Below are positions 57,544 to 64,000 of a stretch of 64,000 bases of DNA, piece after piece. This stretch comes from an uncultured Spirochaetota bacterium (lineage in GTDB: Bacteria > Spirochaetota > Spirochaetia > SZUA-6 > Fen-1364): positions 224,001 to 288,000 of the forward strand of contig CAWGAA010000002.1 in assembly GCA_963820525.1 (NCBI GenBank). The letters are read 5' to 3'. Position numbers and translations under genes: made by a program. Under the pieces are notes generated by a model. The model was not told the origin of the DNA. It did not search any database and was given only the letters and a program-made list of their open reading frames with translations. The stretch's first letter is position 1. Each line of letters starts with the position of its first letter.

Positions 57544-59185
57544 GGCCGCCGTCCGGGGCACCACGTGGCTTTCCACCGAAGGCGTTCGGGAGCTTACCCG
57601 AAGGGGGAGAGTGTGGGTTCTGCTCCTGGCGGCATTCGGGATTCTTATCGGCCTCGGGATATTCCTGGCTTTCATCGTCACCTCTTACAGCGGGCTTTTT
57701 TCCCTCGGGATTTCGAGCGGGCATCCCGAGCTGCTCTTTTTCTACGCGGTCTTTGCAAGCTGGATACTCCTCTTTTTAAGCGCGCTCCCCCTGGCCTTGT
57801 CCCTTCTCTACTACTCGCAGGATACACGGCTTCTGCTGACTCTTCCCCTGCGGCCGCGCCGGATCATCGCTGCCAAGGCGGCGATCCTGTATCTCTCCTG
57901 CCTGCCGGTCAACCTCCTGCTGCTCGCTCCGGCCCTGTGCATCTACGCGCTTCGCTTCGGTCTTTCGGCTCCCGTCGTCTCCGCGGGCATCATTCACCTC
58001 TTCTTCTCCCCGCTCTTTCCCCTCGCCCTGGCAGGCATGGTGGTCCTGGTCCTGATGAAGCTCGTCAACCTCTCCCGATACCGTCTCGCCCTCGAGGTGG
58101 CAGGCATGGCTGTGAGTGTCGTGCTCGTGATCGGCATCCAGGTCTTCATATCGCGCACAATGTCCGGCGCGCTCATGCACGGAACCTTCGACAGCCTTCG
58201 ATCCCTGCCGGATTTCTACTCCCCGCTTGCGCGGGCCCTTCCGCCCGTGGCGTGGGCGGCGGAGGGATTCCTCCACGGCGGGCTGTGGCGCGACCTTCTT
58301 TCCCTCGTCACGACGTCAGCCGCATCGGGTGCGGTCTTACTTCTTGCCCCCATCAACTTCGTGAGCGACGTTTCACAAAGGGGCGAGGCAGGGGGCCCGA
58401 GGAGGTTCGCGGGGGAGGCCGACATCGGCAGGATGGTCCGCCGCCGCTCCGTCCGGCGGAGCCTGGTCCGCCGGGAATGGGCGGTCCTCGCTTCCCATTC
58501 GAGCTTTCTCTTCGAGGCGGCAGCCGAGCTTCTCGTGCTCCCGCTCCTTCTCGCCGTATACGGCCTCGTCTTGCCCAAGGAACTCCTCGGGCAGGCCCTG
58601 GCCTTCATCAATGCCTCCCCGTTGATGGGTCTCATTCTCATGGGGGTGCTCGCCCTCATGACCAACCTCACGGCGCTCTCCTCGACGAGCATTTCGCGTG
58701 AAGGCAGGCTCTTTTCCCTCAGTCTCACGATCCCTGTTTCCGGCCGTGAGCAGCTCAAGGCGAAGCTCGCGCTCCACCTGATGATGTTCCTTCCCGCATA
58801 CCTTCTCGATCTGGCGATCGTCTTCATCCTTTTCCACCTGCAGCCGCGAATGCTTCTCTTCCTGATCCCGGCGGGGCCGATTTTCCAGCTCTTCGGCTTC
58901 TCCTCCTGCATTTTCTTCGATCTGAAAAGGCCCCACCTGAAGTGGGCGCACCCCAGACAGGCGATGAAACAGAACCTGAACGGCGCGGCGGGGATGATCG
59001 GAACCGCCGGCCTGATCGCGGCCCTCGCCATGCCCACCGCAGTGCTCTTGATTCGCGGGGTGGATCCTTTCCTTGTTGGCTGCCTGATGCCCATTGTTCC
59101 GCTGGCCCTGGATGTGATCCTCATCCCCCGCCTGTTTGCCTTCGCAGACAGGCAGTATGGCGGGGGCCTGGAGCTGGAAGCATGA
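57521..59185 (+). CDS. ABC transporter permease (large ABC-2-like)
   Basis: Many TMs, two 'LL.LP' repeats (LLLTLPL; SISREG..LTIPVS); follows ATPase gene. Confidence 0.75.
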   Translation: MKAFTLARAAVRGTTWLSTEGVRELTRRGRVWVLLLAAFGILIGLGIFLAFIVTSYSGLFSLGISSGHPELLFFYAVFASWILLFLSALPLALSLLYYSQDTRLLLTLPLRPRRIIAAKAAILYLSCLPVNLLLLAPALCIYALRFGLSAPVVSAGIIHLFFSPLFPLALAGMVVLVLMKLVNLSRYRLALEVAGMAVSVVLVIGIQVFISRTMSGALMHGTFDSLRSLPDFYSPLARALPPVAWAAEGFLHGGLWRDLLSLVTTSAASGAVLLLAPINFVSDVSQRGEAGGPRRFAGEADIGRMVRRRSVRRSLVRREWAVLASHSSFLFEAAAELLVLPLLLAVYGLVLPKELLGQALAFINASPLMGLILMGVLALMTNLTALSSTSISREGRLFSLSLTIPVSGREQLKAKLALHLMMFLPAYLLDLAIVFILFHLQPRMLLFLIPAGPIFQLFGFSSCIFFDLKRPHLKWAHPRQAMKQNLNGAAGMIGTAGLIAALAMPTAVLLIRGVDPFLVGCLMPIVPLALDVILIPRLFAFADRQYGGGLELEA

Positions 59186-60753
59186 GCGCTCCGCGCGAGG
59201 AATGTCCCAGGATCGAGGATTCCTCGGAAATCCGCTCCGCCTACGGGAGGTATCTCAGGGACGAGTCGAGCCTCAGCGGCGGACTGCCGCAAAGGATCTA
59301 CCTGCCTGATTCGATCGGACAGCTTCTGGCCGCGGTGCGGGAAGTCCGCCGGAGGGGCGAGCGGCTCACGGTGAGCGGGGCGCGAACCGGCATCGTGGGA
59401 GGCGCGGTCCCCCAGGACGGAGACAACCTCCTGACGATGGAGAAGATGCGGGGCGAGCCGAAGGTGATGTGGTCGGAGGCCTGCAAACGATGGTCGATCA
59501 CGGTCCCCCCTTCGCTGACCCTGGAGGGACTGAAGGCCGTCCTGGAAACGCGGAGGTATTCCAGCATTGGAGATCCTCCCCGGGACCTTTTCTATCCCGT
59601 GGATCCCACTGAATCGGCAGCGAGCCTTGGCGGGAATGTCGCTACCAATGCCAGCGGAGCCCGAAGCCTTTACTATGGGCCGACCCGCCGCTGGGTAGGC
59701 GGCCTCACGGTGGTGCTCGCCGATGGGGCGGTGGCTCGGCTGCGCCGAGGCGAAGGGGGAGCGAGCGCCGGGCTGCTGACGTTCGAAGCTAGAGACGATG
59801 AAAGCTCCGGCCCGGTCGGCGTCAGGCTGCCCCGGGTCACGCTTCCCATGACCAAGCACGCCGCGGGCTATCATGTAAGCCCGGGCATGGAACCCGTGGA
59901 TCTTTTCATCGGGGCAGAAGGTACGCTGGGCATCGTTGCCGAAATCGAGATTGCGCTGGCCCGAATGCCCGGCGTCACGATCGGGGTGTGCGCTTTTCTG
60001 CACGAGGCGGAGACCTTTCTCGACCTTTTGGCGCATGTGAAGGAGATCCGCGATCTTCGTCCGACGGCGCTTGAGTACATGGATGGAAACTCCCTGCGGC
60101 TCCTGGCCGACTATCGCGGGGAAGCGGGAGAGTCCAGCGGCGTACCGAACTTCCCGCAGGGCAAGGAGGCCATGCTGTACGTCGAGGCAGGATGCGCGGA
60201 TGAGAAGGAGGCCGACTCCGTTCTGGAGCGGGTGTCGCATGTTCTGGAAAGCCTCGGCATTCCCGAGGACTGCACCTGGGCGGGCGTGAGCCCCGAGGAT
60301 CTGGAGAGGATGCGGAAGTTCCGCCATGCCCTGCCGGAGCGGGTCAACTCAATCGTCGCAGGGAGCGCGGCAGCGGTCACGGGCCTTGCCAAGCTCGCCA
60401 CCGATCTCGCGGTTCCCGAGGCGGCCTTGGCCGTCATGATGGGGGAGTACAGAAGAGAGCTGGGAGAAAGCATGCTTCCGCACGTGATGTTCGGTCACGT
60501 CGGCGACTCCCATATCCATATGAACATCCTTCCCCGTACGCTCGAGGACATGGAGCGGGGGCGGAAGATGTGCGTCAGCCTCGCTCGGCGGGCGGTCGAG
60601 CTTGGCGGAAGCGTTTCAGCCGAGCATGGCATCGGCAAGCTGAAAAAGCACCTCCTGGAAATCCAGTTCCCGCCCGCCGAGCTCGAGGGCTTGAAGTCGA
60701 TCAAGAGGCAGCTGGATCCGCACGGAGTCCTCAATCCCGGAGTCATGTGGTAG
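59182..60753 (+). CDS. FAD-linked oxidoreductase (GlcD/D-lactate dehydrogenase-like)
   Basis: GARTGIVGGAVP, YPVDP..ASLGGNVATNASG, FIGAEGTLG, FGHVGDSHIH, SAEHGIG, DPHGVLNPG. Confidence 0.9.
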   Translation: MSAPREECPRIEDSSEIRSAYGRYLRDESSLSGGLPQRIYLPDSIGQLLAAVREVRRRGERLTVSGARTGIVGGAVPQDGDNLLTMEKMRGEPKVMWSEACKRWSITVPPSLTLEGLKAVLETRRYSSIGDPPRDLFYPVDPTESAASLGGNVATNASGARSLYYGPTRRWVGGLTVVLADGAVARLRRGEGGASAGLLTFEARDDESSGPVGVRLPRVTLPMTKHAAGYHVSPGMEPVDLFIGAEGTLGIVAEIEIALARMPGVTIGVCAFLHEAETFLDLLAHVKEIRDLRPTALEYMDGNSLRLLADYRGEAGESSGVPNFPQGKEAMLYVEAGCADEKEADSVLERVSHVLESLGIPEDCTWAGVSPEDLERMRKFRHALPERVNSIVAGSAAAVTGLAKLATDLAVPEAALAVMMGEYRRELGESMLPHVMFGHVGDSHIHMNILPRTLEDMERGRKMCVSLARRAVELGGSVSAEHGIGKLKKHLLEIQFPPAELEGLKSIKRQLDPHGVLNPGVMW

Positions 60754-60865
60754 GGCAAATGCCTGGTTTTTTGCTAAACTTGTTTTTTTTCATTTCTATG
60801 ATATAATCCTGGAAGATACGGCAGAAGGTTTTTCATTCATCAACCTATTCAGAAGGAGGAAGTCT

Positions 60866-61702
60866 ATGAAGAAGATTATATGTCTTCTAATGCTTGCCGC
60901 AGCGCTTCTTTTTGTTTTTTCGTGCCAACCGGTGAATGAACCCGATCCCTACGCAGCACCGGAGGTCAAGACCGCGGCCGATCTTCCTGATAGTGGCGCA
61001 ACGAGCAGTCCTTCGGGTCCTACGGCTGAAGCCGATGCGATAGCGCTTTATTCTTCGGCACTTCAAGCGTTTGGCAGCGCTATGATGGCACAGTCCGGCG
61101 TTTCAGGGAATGTTAAAGGCACAACGCCTATCCCGGACCTCCCTGGAGACATTAGCTGGATCGGTGAATATGGCGGCGGCACAATCAGTGTCACAGGAAA
61201 TATAAGCGGAACCATGACTTCACCCGACTCCCCTCCTACTGTTCCTGGAACATATGATGATCTCTACAGTATGGTAATGCATATGCTGGTGAACGGAACT
61301 ATCACCGGCGTTACATTTGACGGAGTCGAACCTGATAAGCATACTTATAAAATCAGCGGTGACGTGTATGAGAAGATAGACATGGATTGTGGCGTGAATG
61401 TGACCATTACTACTTCATCCGCCTCTATGACCTTGGATCTTTCTATTGGCATGGCTTACGGAGTCGCACTCTCCATTTATAGGGACGACGATTTTGGAGC
61501 AAAGTTTGTGATCACCTTCGGTGGGACAATAGACGCCAATAACCTTTCCCTGGATGACATTGCGGCCCTCATGACAACACTTGGAGACCAATTGAAGAAC
61601 AAAGAAGCCACTCTGAAGGTGTATGGCGATGATGACAAGCTGATCTGCTCCGCAACCCTCACTCTGGATCAGTTGGTGGGACAGATCGGGGGTGGAATGT
61701 AG
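60866..61702 (+). CDS. Hypothetical lipoprotein
   Basis: AGGAGG RBS; MKK-hydrophobic-FVFSC lipobox; visibly lower GC than neighbours. Confidence 0.75.
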   Translation: MKKIICLLMLAAALLFVFSCQPVNEPDPYAAPEVKTAADLPDSGATSSPSGPTAEADAIALYSSALQAFGSAMMAQSGVSGNVKGTTPIPDLPGDISWIGEYGGGTISVTGNISGTMTSPDSPPTVPGTYDDLYSMVMHMLVNGTITGVTFDGVEPDKHTYKISGDVYEKIDMDCGVNVTITTSSASMTLDLSIGMAYGVALSIYRDDDFGAKFVITFGGTIDANNLSLDDIAALMTTLGDQLKNKEATLKVYGDDDKLICSATLTLDQLVGQIGGGM

Positions 61703-61734
61703 TCCAAGCGGCGCTTATCAAGCCGTATCCGTGA

Positions 61735-61760
61735 AGAAGCCCCGGCTCGCCGGGGCTTCT
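61735..61760. terminator. Bidirectional terminator-like hairpin
   Basis: AGAAGCCCCGGC-tc-GCCGGGGCTTCT between convergent genes. Confidence 0.7.
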
Positions 61761-61800
61761 CTATTCTCCACCCTTTGCGTTGCCGGCGTCACGCCGGCTT

Positions 61801-64000
<2,200 letters not shown>

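Overview
High-GC bacterial chromosomal window, probably from a spirochaete (Spirochaetia). This is inferred from the short AlaRS lacking C-Ala, a '...YAGGAKE' binding-protein N-terminus and a lipoprotein with an FVFSC lipobox. Ordinary content: dinB, a Yip1/TolC/MacAB-like exporter operon, phnDCE, hisB, alaS, an SdpR/SdpI-like operon and partial clpB. The standout is a ~15 kb block (22.2-37.0 kb) with two parallel modules. Each has a sigma54-promoter-driven CUT2 sugar ABC operon, an NtrC-type activator and a soluble histidine kinase whose N-terminal input domain is an altered sugar-ABC ATPase domain (NBD-PAS-HisKA-HATPase). This suggests a kinase that docks on the permease and senses transport directly (inference). 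Other unusual items: a secreted collagen-Hcp fusion, a bCerS/YghO-like GNAT + acyl ligase + ACP + PPTase lipid cluster, a PAS/alkaline-phosphatase deletion junction, and a 77-bp tandem repeat seeded by an inverted copy of a gene end. Four single-base frameshifts, one in essential alaS, probably reflect sequencing error. No rRNA, tRNA, CRISPR array or transposase was recognised. All family calls come from reading motifs by eye; no database searches were run.
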